64,000 nucleotides of DNA from Cenococcum geophilum (taxonomy: Eukaryota), in contig CP158636.1 of the NCBI GenBank assembly GCA_050273025.1, forward strand, positions 8,184,001 through 8,248,000. The letters are read 5' to 3'. Below the pieces are notes generated by a model. It was not told the origin of the DNA. It made no database searches and was given only the letters and a program-made list of their open reading frames with translations. Position numbers and translations under genes: made by a program. Numbering within the stretch: position 1 is the first letter of the stretch; every line of letters starts with the position of its first letter. Of the stretch, positions 33,345 through 47,389 are shown piece by piece.

Positions 33345-35084
33345 GGCGGTGTGAGTGAGTGGGAGGTTGAGCGGAGAGGGCGGAAGAGGAGGTGAGAGTG
33401 GTGAGCGGAGAGGAGATTTGATGGCGGAGATAGATCGGTGATAGATTTGACGACAGGTGTCAGGTGTTGTGTCGAAGTTTACAGAAGGCTTTTTGGCTTA
33501 CTTACGATTCATGCGTAGCAGTGTGGCCTGGCAGCGAGGCGAGGCGGAGATCGACCCGCGAACGGGCACTAACGTTTTTGGCGGGAGCTTCGTTGTACCT
33601 CCACGCTGATAACATCACTAACCAGGCCATCAACCTCGACCAAATCTCGTAATTCAAACTGTTAAACTGATTCCACTTGCTTCAATTTCCCTTATCATCT
33701 GCTTTTTATAAATAGAATATCGTCTAGCCTCCCGCTGTCTCTTGAAATCATACGCGACTTCCATCGTGGCACAACAGGATTTGAACACAAGTAGACTAAA
33801 CGGCCGCCTTAGGCAGCCGACTGAACAATTTCACGATTTTTTTTCTAAAGGGGAATTCATAATCATACAAACACATAGCCACCTTCATTAGATCTCAGCT
33901 CGTCACCCTTCCTCCTTCATTCTAACCCAACCATAGTTCTCCATTTGCAAATGCAACCCTTGGCCCAACACACACTCCAATTTTTCCTACCCCATACTCC
34001 ATAATCCATGACAAATGACCCGTGATCCTTGACCCATGAGCGTTTACAACCGTAACCCATAATCCATCGTGTGCTTGACCGCGACTAATATCACGATATG
34101 CGGTTAGGAGCATAGAATCGCATAACCTAAAGTCAAAAACCTTTACCAATATGCTCCATGCCACTGTCTGCACCTAACCATAGCCCATAACATACCCATA
34201 CCCATAACCCATGTCGAGAGAGAAAAAAAAAAGGCGCTCTCATACCGTTTTCTGGAATAGATTCCGAAACCTTCCGATGCGAGCTTAGCCGAAATATCAA
34301 GAGAAGAAATGATGTGCTGTTTGAAGAAGAACTGCAGGGGGGCGGATGCAGCGTCCATGCACGTTTATTACGGCCGTCGCGTAGCGAGCGCCAGGAAATA
34401 AAATAGTGATACTCATGTAAGAGGACAGAGGCGCAATGCTGAAGAAGAGGAAGAAGAAGCGAAAAACATTTGAAATGGGGCGAAATGCAGGATCGTCAGA
34501 CCCTAAAGTCGTCTGTAGCGATAGAATATATAGTCCATCATAGACGTAGCGTTCCGCAATGCGACAGACACCAGAATTGGCTTGATTGTTTCGAGATACT
34601 TGACAATCTGATGCGATCGGCCCCAACTCAACTATGCCCCAGATTTTGGTGTTCTAAACGCCTGTTCTTCTTGTGTGTTTTGGGCCTAAACGCCTTTGAT
34701 GCTTGAAGGCGTAGGTGCTAGATTTTAAGCCGTGAGGATGTTGTTCATTGCAAAAGTGCTGTCGAAGCGACGGCGCTGAAACTTGACCGACTGAGATACG
34801 GAGATGGCGTAGTTAAGATACTCATGATTGTAATGCGATGCCGCCGTACGACGAAAAGAGAGCAACGAAAGGCTTTCTGATGAAGTTAAGTATGCTGTTC
34901 GTGGTTTGTAAATTCGAGCCCTTTCATGCTTCCTCGAGGAAAAGCTTTGCTGCCTCTTATCTTTTGCTTGTTTTAAGGTCGTGAGTCATCTTTCGTGCTT
35001 GATGGAGCAGGTGCGACCAGGGAATTTCTGTGGTATGTTCGTCGAGACGTGAAATAATGAATGTCCTGGATCTTAACGCACTAC

Positions 35085-36951
35085 TCAATACCCAGCATGG
35101 GCGTGCAAGTCCGGATAATATCCACGACTCGTCTCCATTCCCTGAAAGCGACCGCAGCCTCCTACTTGCCACCCGGGCGCATGCGCTGACCCTGGGTACT
35201 CCTCTTTAATCCTTCTGCCATCTTGAAAAGCTGGGCCTTCTCCCTTAGCGCCTGTAGGAATACCTGCCTCGTAAATCGGGCTAGGATAGTACTGGTACCC
35301 ATCGAATCCATCGATCGCCTTCTCTTCATCTTCATCCATCATATGATGATCGCTAACCAGTCCTTCTACCGGCCCTCCACTTGATGAGCTGGCTGAGCTG
35401 ACAGAGTGGCTCCCAACAGGGCTCGGGTCCAGGGAGTACTGATTTGTTCTGTACATGCTTCCACCCACTCCACTATTACCTGACATGGAGAGTCCGTTCC
35501 CAAAAGATCGACCAACTGCGCCTCCAGCTCCAGCAGATCCAAACCCAGAGCGTCCATCTCCTCCAGCCCCGGCCCCAGAGCCTCCAGGGCCGCGCGAAGT
35601 GCTTGCGCTATGTGGGCCTTCGTTCTGGTAATGACTCGGCGACCGACCACGTACTACAACAGGCTGTGATACTCGTTGTGCGATCTTGATCCAATTTGGC
35701 TGCTGTTCCTGGGGTTTTTGAATATTCGCCCATAGTTCGACAATCAGGTGGTAATACTGTTGCTGTGCGCGGCGCTTACCGTTGTTTGCTGTCGCCGACT
35801 TGAACTGAATCCTCTCAAATGTGTGTTGGTGCGTGGTTGCGGAATGGTTCGCTGGGGAGTATTGTTGGCTCGCCTCTGGGTCGCTTTGTAGGGGCAGATA
35901 GGGAGGAGCAACAGTGGATGGATTGTGAAAAGCGCTCATTCCGTACCCATGCTCGTGTTGGGATTTTCCAGGTGGAGTGGGCGATAAAAGTTCTTTTTTG
36001 ATGGGGAGTTGAGGGCCCTTGTCGCGTTTTGGCGTGTGCTGGATAAGCTCGATGGATTTCCCTTGTGCACCATCCACTGCAGCGGAAAGTGACATGGCCA
36101 TGGCCTGTATATGCTCCTGTTTCGAACCTTTTAGAAGGGTAAGACGCCCGCCAGGAATGTGGGGATCCAGTGAGTACGACACCAACACGGAAAAGTAATT
36201 CCGTCGGTAGCAAGTCCAAACTCGATCGGAGGAGAAGAAGAAACCCTTTTCTATCTTGGCGTCAATGTGAGCTGTCACATTTGACCCGTTGCAGGCGATT
36301 TCGTACAGGGTCTCTTGGGCATTAAATGGAGGTGTGTCTGCCTGTCTGTCGTGCTGGGGGTAGCCTAAGACCGGTGCTGTATTCCCGTACGAGGCAACTG
36401 AGGAAGACATGCTAGTTGGCAAGACGCTTCGAGGAATATCAGGTAACGAACTATACGGAGTGCGCGAAATGGTCTCGGCGTGGCTGCGAGGGGAGAGTGT
36501 GTGTCTGTGAAGCCCAGGTGTTGAGGTGGTATAGTTATCTCGAACCGAAGCACCCAGAGATGGTGATACTTGATTGCCCATTCCAGGTGATCGTGCTGGA
36601 GGTAACATACCCTGTGTTGAAGGATCGGTTCTACCGTCTAGCTGTCAGCTGTCATGCACCGATTCTCGCATTAGACACGAACGGGAAGGGCCGTCGCAGC
36701 GTGCTTTCAAGGCTACATACATAGACGACATCCTTGGTCGCATATTCGACATTCCAAACGACTGGGAAAAACCAACAGAGTTTGCAAAGAGCTGGGGTGC
36801 AGTCGAGTAAGGGTTTGCCAGACTCAACGTCGGCTGCGTAGAATACACGCTGGTCGCCGAGAAGGGCGAAAAGGCTAGTGAAGAGTTGTTAGAGCTGGGA
36901 CTGGTGGAGATGGAGCCAGACGAGTCGGAAATGCCTGCCCCGGATTGATAC
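35085..36951 (-). CDS. NDT80: NDT80/PhoG-family transcription factor, Ndt80/NdtA/FSD-1-like clade; start codon uncertain
   Basis: KGFFFSSDRVWTCYRRNYF, IELIQHTPKRDKGPQ, FERIQFKSATANNGKRRAQQQYY, VVVRGRSPSHY. Predicted intron 36720-36631 (GTATGT..CTGAC..TAG) joins the upstream exon in frame; another acceptor at 36952. Confidence 0.9.
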
Positions 36952-39900
36952 CTATAGCTCAAATACAGTTAGCTAACCAGAGCATACAAGTCAACAACCA
37001 ACGATTCCAGAATGATACCAACAGCCACTGTGTGTAACACACGCAGCACGGTGGCACAGTTTAAGTTGTCAATCCAGACAGGGACGGTATGGCATTTCTA
37101 GCTTGTCGTGTGATCAATGTGGCAGACCACACAACTGGGAGAGATAGGAGCACCACACAGTCGGAGCATGTACGACAGGAGTGATGCTGATGAGTGGCAT
37201 GACGACGTGTTTGTTTCGGCGATCGTGAGGTTGGTCCCGAAGATGGAAAAAGCTTGGGCAGCACCAGGTGATGGAGTTGCCGAGCGAGAGCGGGAAATTG
37301 GCTGGGGGCCGCAGGGCAAGGCAGCACCGCGGAAACCGCCAGGCCCGACTCTGGCAAGACCCAGGGACCCAATGAACGAGGGAAAATTACTTACTGTGCT
37401 TCATGTGCCGCAGAACGATGGGCCATGTAACGAACACCATTACCAGAAGGCAAAGACAACAGGCTGCTTGCTGACTGGCCTAGCGCTCCGTCGCGCCTAA
37501 GCTGATCGGGAACCCCTCCAGCTGCAAACGAACTATGATGTGCATGAGCGCCAATGTGGTCGATGCATTCCTGCTCCGAGGAGAGGGGATACTCCGATGC
37601 CAAAGACAGAGGTTGAATGACTGCTTACGCTGCACGTCAGCCAATCAGCCGCGACAAGGCGTTTTCGCACACCGTCGAAGAAGAGGTGTGACGAAAAGGG
37701 ACAACGTGCCCCGGGCGTGAAGGGAAAACGGGCGAGGATTTTGGGGGGGGGGAGAGGCTAGAGAGGCTAGGGAGGCTAGATGTGGCCGGGACGTTGTACA
37801 GAACTGCACAGAATTGGCCGCGCTCGGGTGTCAGAAGCGTGCGAGAGCGCACTACATGAGCAAGAGAGCGGCTAGCCCAGAGCAGGCGACAACGGCCGCA
37901 ACGGCTGGGGAAAAAAATATAAAGGATCGAGGCAGAGCGCGGGAATGACGCAGATCCAATTTGAGGGGAAATATACAAGAAAAATGAGGAAAAATGCGGA
38001 GAAACGAGGGAGATGTGGATGAAGGTGGTGAGTTTGCGCCCTTAGCAGTCCAGGGTCAGTTAAGGCTGACTGACCTTGGTTCATAATTGCACTAGCCGCA
38101 GCACACGCTCGACAAGGCGGTCCTGCGACGCGGGGCCAATCTCAGGCTTCTCAGCAAAAGCTCAGGAGCTGAGCTGTCGATCCTGCAGCCGCCGACTCGG
38201 GTCCAAGCAGCGGCGCCTTCCAGCAGAGCCTCCGCACGCGCTGGCTTTCCTGCCCTCGATGTCTCTCGCAAACTCGGCGGGATTTGTTCGCGCGCCGCAG
38301 TCGAAGCTCACTGGCCACTGGCTGCCGCCTCTTGCGTGATGCGCTCGGCTTTAACCGGAGTAGGCAGGTAAAGGACGCTGTTGGCTCGCTTGGGTGGGGA
38401 ATCTGGGGCGCTTTAGCCGGCACGCGGGCACGATCCTCAATTAGCTGCCGCAGTGGCTGCGGCCCGTCGGAGCCCTGGAGGATTCCTCGCAAATCCTGCT
38501 TGCTGCTTTCCTGGCAAAAAGCAGAATCCGAAAGCGCAGAATCTTCCAGATTGAGCTGGCAATGCCCTGTCGGGCCGGTCAGGTCGGCAATCCCTGGAGC
38601 CTGAGCCGGCTCAGCTGCTGGCGTATAGCGCGGCGGGTGCGTCGGTCCAACGGCTTAAAACGGTCGCAACGGACGGGAGACCAGGCGCGCCCTTTCTCGC
38701 TTTCGTCTCCACAGATCGCGAAGGCGCGCACGGACAGGATGGATCTGGGTTGACCTCCCAGGATCTTGGTGCGCGGACTTCACCGGTGTGATATCAATTG
38801 CGCCGCTAGAATCCAGTATCAGTCGTTTTTCCGAAAAGTGCGAGTTCCATCTCAAAACATACAAGGTTCTCCTGCAGCTGCTAAAATTGAGTGGCGCCTA
38901 GATCTCGTAGGGGTGGCCTTCTCTTTTCGACGAGTCTCACTTGCTCTGCTTTAGCACTGGGCCGTTTAGCGATCTGCGCGCCGCCAGGGTGACGGGCCTC
39001 TGTTTTTCGACAGATCTGCTGCAGCAGGTTTTTTTTAGCCGGGACCAGCAGGTCGGTGTTTTGCTGCTGTGTGGTGACGGCAAGCCTGGAAGCCTAACGG
39101 TGGTTGGCGACAAGGCCTGAGACGAAAAAACTTAACGGAGAAATGGAAGAGGGAGGAGGTTTGAGATCCTAGGCAGAGTGAAGGCAGCGGACATATATGC
39201 ACCAAGGCATCAATCCAAATCGTCTTCCCGCCAACAGCTCCGTAGCACAAAGATCGTCAGGGCTGCGAGACCCGTGATCTATGCTTTCTGAGCGTGCTGG
39301 TAATGGACCACGGGGTTCGTTGCGGGAACAAAGAGCAGGAGAATGGTTACCAGTGAATGGCTTGGGATGATGGAAACGCAGGATTGAGCAGGTGGAAGGA
39401 ATCGCATTTCAACCGGGCGGAGGGAGTAGCAGTGTTCTTGAGGATGCTGAAGCTGCCGGACAGAAGTATAAAATGAAGGAGTAGTGTGAAAGCGGATACA
39501 GGGTATGGGCTAGTCGGGTTATCTGGCTGAAAGGAGAAATGCCTACCTAGGTAGCTTGTTGGATCTGGTAGATGATGGCTCAGATTTTCAGCCCCAAGAG
39601 CGCAGAGAATAATCGTATTGCCCAAGGCTCAGATCATCTCCCTTCTCTAGCACCACGGTAGCATTGGCAAGCTGCAGCGACCATTTCCCAAAGCGGTCTA
39701 TCTATATCTCCGACGCCAGGGAGAAATGTTTTGCCCCAGGGTCCGGGCGGCCAGAGGATCCCATTATTGCTCGAATTGTCTCTGACCTACGCAGCTCTGC
39801 ATTCCTTGCTCCGGGCGTGTGGTGGTTCTTGCCTGCTGGGGAGGCGGGGAGGTTGCTGGGGCTGCCGGGGCTACTGGGGCTGCTGGGACTGGGACTGCTG

Positions 39901-42900
39901 GGACGTGACCCGCCCCTATTGGCCATTATTGGACCGTTACTGGACCATCGCTGGCCATGGCCCTCCCGTGCGGCGACGCAGGAACATCGACCACAACCGC
40001 CCACAACCGCCCACAACCGTCCACAGCACGAAACTCGATCGCGGCGGGCTGCGAGACGGCGGCGGGCTTCAAGATGAGCTCGCAGTCCACCGAGTCGGTA
40101 CGAAAGCGATGCGATGTTTCATCTTTCCTAAGAATAACCCATGCAGCGAACAGATGACCAAAGTTTGCTCTGCAGCCCACCCCAGCAGCAGCCCTCGTCG
40201 GACCCAGCAAAGTATTGGATATGCTTGAATGGGCTGAGCACCGTCACGACTCTGTATCGTGGGCCCGCCATGTCCATGTCCACCATGCTCGCCATGACTA
40301 GGCTGACTTTATCGCCGCCACGGCTCGGCTGCCACAATCCGATCACTTTTTTTCCGCCAGAGAGCTCTACCAAGAGGAAAAGAAGGAGATAGATCGATGA
40401 ATTCCTTTTGCTCGACCGTTACCTGTCACAAAGTCGACACCGCCGACGCTATTACTCGTCGGCGCGCTACAGAGCGGAGAGATGGCAAGCGCCTCAATCA
40501 GAAAGCGCCACCGCCTTTTTGCAGACATGCTTGATGCAACCCTTGCTGGCGGACTCGGGCGCATCACTAGCAGTGCTGCTTTCGACCACCGCCTGCGCCC
40601 TGACCCGGGCTCTTATCATCCCAAGCACTCAATACCCGAGCAGTCGGGAACTGCAGCTGCACACCAAAAACAGCTACAACCCGTTTCGCCACAGCGATGT
40701 CAGATGTAGGTCAAGGTAGGTCCAAGTACCTCTGCATCGACATGCTTAGGCAATGTCTGCGCGGAACCTCTCGCCACCACACTCGCTATTCGCGACCAAA
40801 AGTCTTCTGCAGGCTGTTGACGCTCCAGCGCTTCGATGCGTCTTTCTCCCTTGCTTGCCGGTCCCCCAAAAGACCCTGGAGCCAGGATACAACACCATGC
40901 TGGTACAGGGCAAGGAACACCAGTGACGTGCAGACATCGCGCGTGTCCCATCCCTCCGCTCGGACACCGCTATGCCCAAGATGATTTAGGCTATCCAAGA
41001 GCTTCCGCTGTACATATTAGCAGGCAGTTAGTTAGGCCCCCAAAACACCACACTACTCGCTGGTGTCCCCAGAGATCCCCTTGCTCGGCTTCCTCAAGAC
41101 ACACTTACTTTCTGCTGCCAGCTCCACGCGGCTGAGGGATGACATTCCTCGCATCCAGTATTATGCTCAAACACTTGCATGTGTCTCGCACGTTGCGCCC
41201 TCCCTCCCAGAAGCCGGAGCTGACCGGAAGGGGAGCTGCGCTCCTTTTCTCACATTCCTTGCCTCCAAGAGCGCATTCGCGTTACGCCATCTGACCCAAT
41301 GGCTCGCTGCCGATCAGCACAGATCCGATCAAAAACCGAGAGAAGCGCTTCGACGCGGGTAGGACCCGGGGCTTCAGACCGCCTGAGGCCGCCCTGCCCT
41401 CCATGCCGTCAGTGGGTCATCTGATGCACGTCTAAGGGGCATGCTGCTGCCTTTTAGTCCCTGAGCGTCACTCTGGGTGGGCTTCCCGGACGTTCTCGAG
41501 AAACATCAACGTCCGGCCAGGGCCGCGGTGGCAGAGGATTTTTCACGAGGCAGACATTGCGACGGTCGTTTAGAGAGTATATTGCAATGGTGGCTGAGTG
41601 GAGACCCCAGACATTCCAAATCCTCTGGAACCGCACGTTCCCGTAAGGCCAAAGGATCCTCAGCTAAGATGCAGGGAATCTGGAGTCGAGTACACCAAGG
41701 CTGCAGCCTCCCGCCCGCCGTCCGCCCAGGAGTAAAGTTGAGGGCGAAGGAGGTGGGCATTGTTTATTGGCCGTCAGGATGGCAAGTTGCAGGAGCCTCG
41801 AATATGCCCCTCGGGAAATTAGAGTGGTCGGTGAATCGACCAAAGTAGGCTCGGAAAGCTCATGAATCAAGGTTGTTATTTGTCTCAGTCCACCCCTAGG
41901 CCAAGCGCGCTGGCCGCAACTACCCCTCACTGAGGCTATCCCTCTCTCTCGTCAATCAACTTCCCGGCCAAACCCCAACGTCGCACCAAGAGTTGCCTGG
42001 CCATCAGATAGATGATTGGGTGGTCGGAGAATGGGCTGACGTGATGCCGGTGATCGCTTTCGAGAGCGCCGCCCACCAACAGCGGTCCGGGCCGAGCGAA
42101 TCCTAAACGGCCAGGCATGCCTTGCGAGGTGGGCGGGCAGTCCAAATGCAGACCAAGACCAAGGGCAGACCACACATTCCTCGGGCGGTTCGACTAAGAG
42201 AGCGGCCAACCAGCCGTTTGCGACGGATGGTCCCGACAGACGGGTCTTGCCTCGGGTTGTCTGACGGTCGACCAAGGGCCCTGCTAATCACCAGCTCCAA
42301 GCCTCATCTTCTTTCTCGGCCACCCTGCTCACGCGATGTCTTTCCGGACTGTTTGTCTCCAGTGCTTTCCAACTTTCCATCCTTCCGACATTCTAAGCTT
42401 GTTTGTAAGCTGCCAAGCATCCCAGGCACGTTGCCTACCTACGCTGGCCCTTGGATAACGGCTCAACGTCTGACCATCCACTTCACTCCAACCTACTTCA
42501 ACGTCTACAACCTCAAAAAGCTAGACAGTCGGACTGCATAAAACGGCGCTATGCCTTGCGCGCACAAGTGGCGGCTGTCAGCTGGCGATCGTGAGAACTG
42601 GCGTAACCTCGCCAGATGGTTTGGGAGCACAGAAGACCGAGGGGCCCGATTCCCCGGATTGCTGGAGATGAGAAGCTTCAAGAAGCTATACTGAAATTCC
42701 AAATATCACTCAGGCTCCTGGCTAGTTGCAGTTCCGGCCCCATTGTTCGAGCCGCCGTTGGCACCTCAAACTCACACAACGGATCTCGTGCCACTCCCAA
42801 ACCCCACAGCAGAAATTTCGTATGGCCCACTCGATTTCTAGAATCACCTCTGTATATATCCCTCTATTTGCTTTGCCACCTAGCCCACCAAGTATGCCGG

Positions 42901-43331
42901 ACGGATATGCTGCTACCCATGCGAAACGTCATTGTCCCGTGAGCTGCCGCAGCGGGCGGCGATGCGGCTTAGATTCTCTGGATAGCCTCCTGCTCCCTGC
43001 CGAGCGGCCTAACGGTGCGGAACATGTTTCGTTTTGGGGGAAAGGGAGGAAAGGGGATGCTTAGATGGTCGCGTGCGTGCATCAGGTCGTCTTTGGGTTT
43101 GAAGAGTTTTTTTCATTGTAGCTCTTGTCCGAGGGGATCTAACTAACTAGCCAAGTCCGGTACCGAGCCTTGAGAGTCGCACTGCACGGCCGATGGCAGT
43201 CTACCAATTCCAGATAATTGCCTTGTCAACGGTCCACATTTTATACAGATAGTGCTGACCCGGAATCCTTCGTCGGCCGCCACCCTGCGGGGGTGATCAT
43301 CTATCAGCACTAACTCTAAAACTGCCCGAGC

Positions 43332-44300
43332 CTAAGCCTCAACGGCGAGACACAAGCGGTTGCTTGGACATGACATTCTCAGCTTATTCCCGCACATGTA
43401 GATCCAATCATGCAAATAGCCTTTTGATTTTATCCAGTCGGTGTAGGCTCCGAGCGTGAGCGCAAAAGTCGAGCCGTTGGAGAACCAGCAAGGCCCATAG
43501 CCCATGAACACGTGGTCCGTGCTTACGGCATCTACGCAAACTTCAAGGCCGCCTTCCGTTGGCTGCAGCTGTTTGTCATGATGCTTCTTTATCGACAAGC
43601 CTACCTTTTCAGGGCTAATATGTGAAAAGCAACCCTGTGCAAAGGACAACGCGGCCCCTTTCCCAATTCGAGACAATGCCCCTTTCGATCTTCGTTCTTT
43701 AATCCACACCACGCAAATCATAACAAAGAAGGGTAAATCTAGAGCCGATGCGACAAGGCCCATTGCGTCAGCAATCTCTTGTCGAACGCCATAGTATCGC
43801 AGCATGGCGATGCTCTATTGACGTCGTGTCGCTATCATGATGAACTAATCAGATGCTTCAATTTCCGTCGAGAGTTATCCTCCCCAAAGGCCGTAACGGT
43901 AGGATTTGAATTCATTCTTCGGTCACAGTTGGTCTTTAAACGGGATTCTATTCCTCCGAGCATGCAATTGTGATGCTGTGATTTCTTGGTCCTTTCGTAA
44001 ATTGTCATAGTAACTCAAAGTTGAGGGTCCCTAAATGGTGCATGTAGCAGTTGAGAACTACAGTGATTATGATGGCGCAGAGCTTCGTTGCTTTTCATAA
44101 TTGCCTGATCGTTACTCGTCCGCAGTTAAGACTACCCCTGATTCTAGGACGGTCTCTGTACAAAGTTGCCCCCATCGTTTGGATAACCACGAGCTGTATT
44201 CTTGCTTCTACGGTCATATCTAATGATATACATACATAATTATGTCTCCCTATCTACTACTACTACAATTTCTTTACTCCAGAGATTTGGTCCCGGCCAC
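43332..44300 (-). pseudogene. Possible decayed gene fragment of unknown family
   Basis: 157-aa protein-like ORF 43332-43805 with broken frames upstream; no motif recognised. Confidence 0.3.
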
Positions 44301-47300
44301 AAGGCCATTATCTTAAGATCAACATTTCCTCACCAAATATCGTAGATTTTCTTTTGAAGGGCCACCAACTTCTCTAAAGTAGAGCGGTAGCCTCCTTTTT
44401 AATTGCACGGTTTCCGGTTTCCTATTTTCGAACCCGTAAAGCTTCAGCTGTTTGCGACAGCTATCAACCTTGATTATACGTCTGCGCATAGGATACCGGC
44501 TATGCCGAAGAGCTTATGATGAAAGAGTCTCTTATCAACTCTATCTCACCTTCACAATCTTACTGTAATCTTTTGTTTAACATTAGCATATTATCTTTAG
44601 CTATTCTAACTGGTGTGCGAGATGTGTTTGGAGTCGGCGTGATAAACTTAATCTCTAGCACCACCTCAAGGGCTTCACATATTATTAACTACAACACAAT
44701 CCGTGCAGTGTCAAAATACTGCCAAATTCTATCACACGCGTAAAAAATTGGTTACCATACTAATAGGAACTACTATGCTGTCAATCTTGATCCTTTTCTG
44801 ATTGATTCGCTTCCACTAACAGTTAACCTATGAGATGAAGATTTTCCTCTCAAAACCCCATCAGCTAACTTCCACCTCACATGCAAATTACCGACATAAA
44901 GAGAGATCAAAACCCCATCACCGCTTCTTTAACGATGGACCTGCTTTTTCACTCCCGTCCACACTGGCAACATCAGCTTTTTCGCACATGGCGTGGCCTC
45001 CATCTTTCGAAGAGGGTGACTATAATTCTGCGAAGAAAGAGGGTTTGAGATGCTACGGACCCAAGAAGAGAGGCTGGTTTTAGTTTATACTAGTGGCGGC
45101 TTGAATGCATCGAAGGACGAGCTCCCAACCTGTTCACGAGGCAAACAACAACAACCTGGCTAAAATACACACAGTAAATTTTATAATTTACAGATTATTT
45201 CAACATTCACGCTCCCTATAAACTAGCCTCGTTCAGGGGAATAATGCAAGCCAATATCTAACAGGGGTGCAAAAGCGAAGATTGGGCAGAGTAGGGGGCC
45301 TAACAGGCCTTGCAGGCCTTGGGCGCCTTCTCGAAGTTGACTCATGCCAAACTTCCATCCGAAAAAAGGGGTGTGTTCGGGCTGCCCCGTGGCAAATGAT
45401 GCTCGCTGGAAGCCCAATAATGACCCCTTTCAGCGCTGGCGCTTTCGTTGAGATAACATTCGATGCTTCACTCCCAGCCCCACATAATATCCCAGAAGTT
45501 CAATTGGCAGCACCCCACGCCAAACTACGTGCCTTGAGGGACACGCGACAATTAAACACCTGAGGACGCCTAGTTCAAAACTAGGGCATCGAATAACAGC
45601 TTGTAGGATGCCTGGTTGTTGCCTTCTTCTCGGAGCGTCTGCAGCTTCACTGCAGCGTTCAAGGTTCCTGTGTCACCGATGACGGACCCGGTGGCGCACG
45701 GGATTTGCTCCGTGATTGCTTGTCGAGTTTACACTCGTCTCCCGCCCCGGAGCGAAAGCACTGCGCCCCTCCAGACTCCTGACGTCTGGCCTGGCCGTAG
45801 AAAGAGGCTCTGCTATTTGGGTTGGAGATACTGGACATAGCAGGTCGGTCACTGGGCCGGGCTATCGGTGAATTGGCCGAGCTAGGCTCGAAGAGTAGTC
45901 TGTTTCCTATATATTTAGGCCTTTGGGCAAGATTGTGGGATACAGTTGCCTTGGGAGAAGCGGCACGTGCGATTCGAATCACAATATGGCTTTGCATTGC
46001 TTAATGGATGGCTTGCTTCCATTGTCATTAGATAATTTCGCGCGGGATGGCTTCCTAGCCCAAGCCAAATCACCGGAAGCACTACTGGCAAAGCCTGGAC
46101 TAAACCCGGAGGCCCGGAGAAGACCGCTCTCCCTCCTTAAGACTGAGTTTAAGACAAGGTTAAGCAGAAGACATTCAAGTCGCGAGGTCTTAGTGCTGCG
46201 GGCAGTGCGGCGCTAGACGCAGCTAGCACATATAGGTTAACTTGCCCTAAGCACTCAAGCCACCAGCCACCAGCAACCGCCGCGAAAGAAAAGGATTGGC
46301 TCGGAATCACTATGAAGTTTCCATCCTGGAGATTTTATCTTTGAAGGGGAAGCAAACCTAGTCTTTTCCCTCGGGCCGTCGATTTGTCGGAGAAATGGAT
46401 CAACTTCACTTGACCAATTACGCATCCTCGCTCCTCTGGAGATAATAGGGCAACGGCCTGCTCCAGCCATTTTTCCCACACTACGGTGAAGATCCAATCG
46501 GTAGCTGAAGAAGTGTGAGAACACTGTTGAATAGCGGAATGCTTCTCTGTCTCCGTCGAGGGTGCCTGAACCAAGGCTGAGCTCTTCTTAAAAAAGTGAT
46601 ATTTTCCCAGAGGTCTAGTTTATTTTATGCTTGCGATCTGCCGCTTTCGCTCATGTTAAACTTGGTTGAGTCTATTTCGTAGTGTATTAGAATTATTTGT
46701 ACCTAGGAGATATTTAGTTGTATAGAAGATTGAGAAGGTCAAGGAGAGAAATTATTTAAGTCGTAGAGCAAGCCAATTCTTCTCTGTGAAGCGCTGGCCA
46801 TTATCCGCCTAGATGACGTCAAGGAGAAATTTACATTCACAAAAAAGGACTCGTGTGCTCACAAGCCCTCAGGAAAACTCGCCCTTTCTACCTCCTCTTC
46901 AACGAAGGCATAAAAACGTCGAAAGAGGTTTTCTTCCCACACGTCAGGAGTTCCGCAACATCGACTTTCGTCTCAGAAGAGGAGATGATGGTGCTGGAAA
47001 TGGTATATGAAATCAAAGCTGATTGAGCCACGCCTACGTCCTAAAGAGCGTATGGCACTATCAGCTACACATAGTTATGCTGAATTCCACTAGCGATTAA
47101 AACTGTTGTGGCGTTTAGCACCAGTTAGAACCAAATACTCATCACCTCCAATTACTGCTGATGCTCTTCGCTACCCATTAGTCTGTGCCTGAACGCCTTC
47201 ATTTTTATACTTGGTATAGGGTCGGCGTATTATTCTGACTCATGACCTTCCATCAAGTTTTAATCTTACCATATCCTCCTCTTTGTTGCTAACCCTAGCG

Positions 47301-47389
47301 ATGGATTCAAGACCATGAATCGCTCGAGGAATCAATCTCGTGCTTCCGTGATCAACCTAACGTCAAGATTGTCGGATATGCCCAAGTTA

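Noticed and set aside
35085..36951. VIB-1/XprG ortholog linked to the HET cluster
   Set aside because: Motifs (WTCYRRNYF, QHTPKRDKGPQ, FERIQF) fit the Ndt80/NdtA/FSD-1 clade better than VIB-1/XprG, and the gene is >20 kb from the HET genes.
37061..43064. Many overlapping 60-165 aa ORFs
   Set aside because: No recognisable motifs, present on all frames, many with non-ATG starts; expected in GC-rich non-coding DNA.
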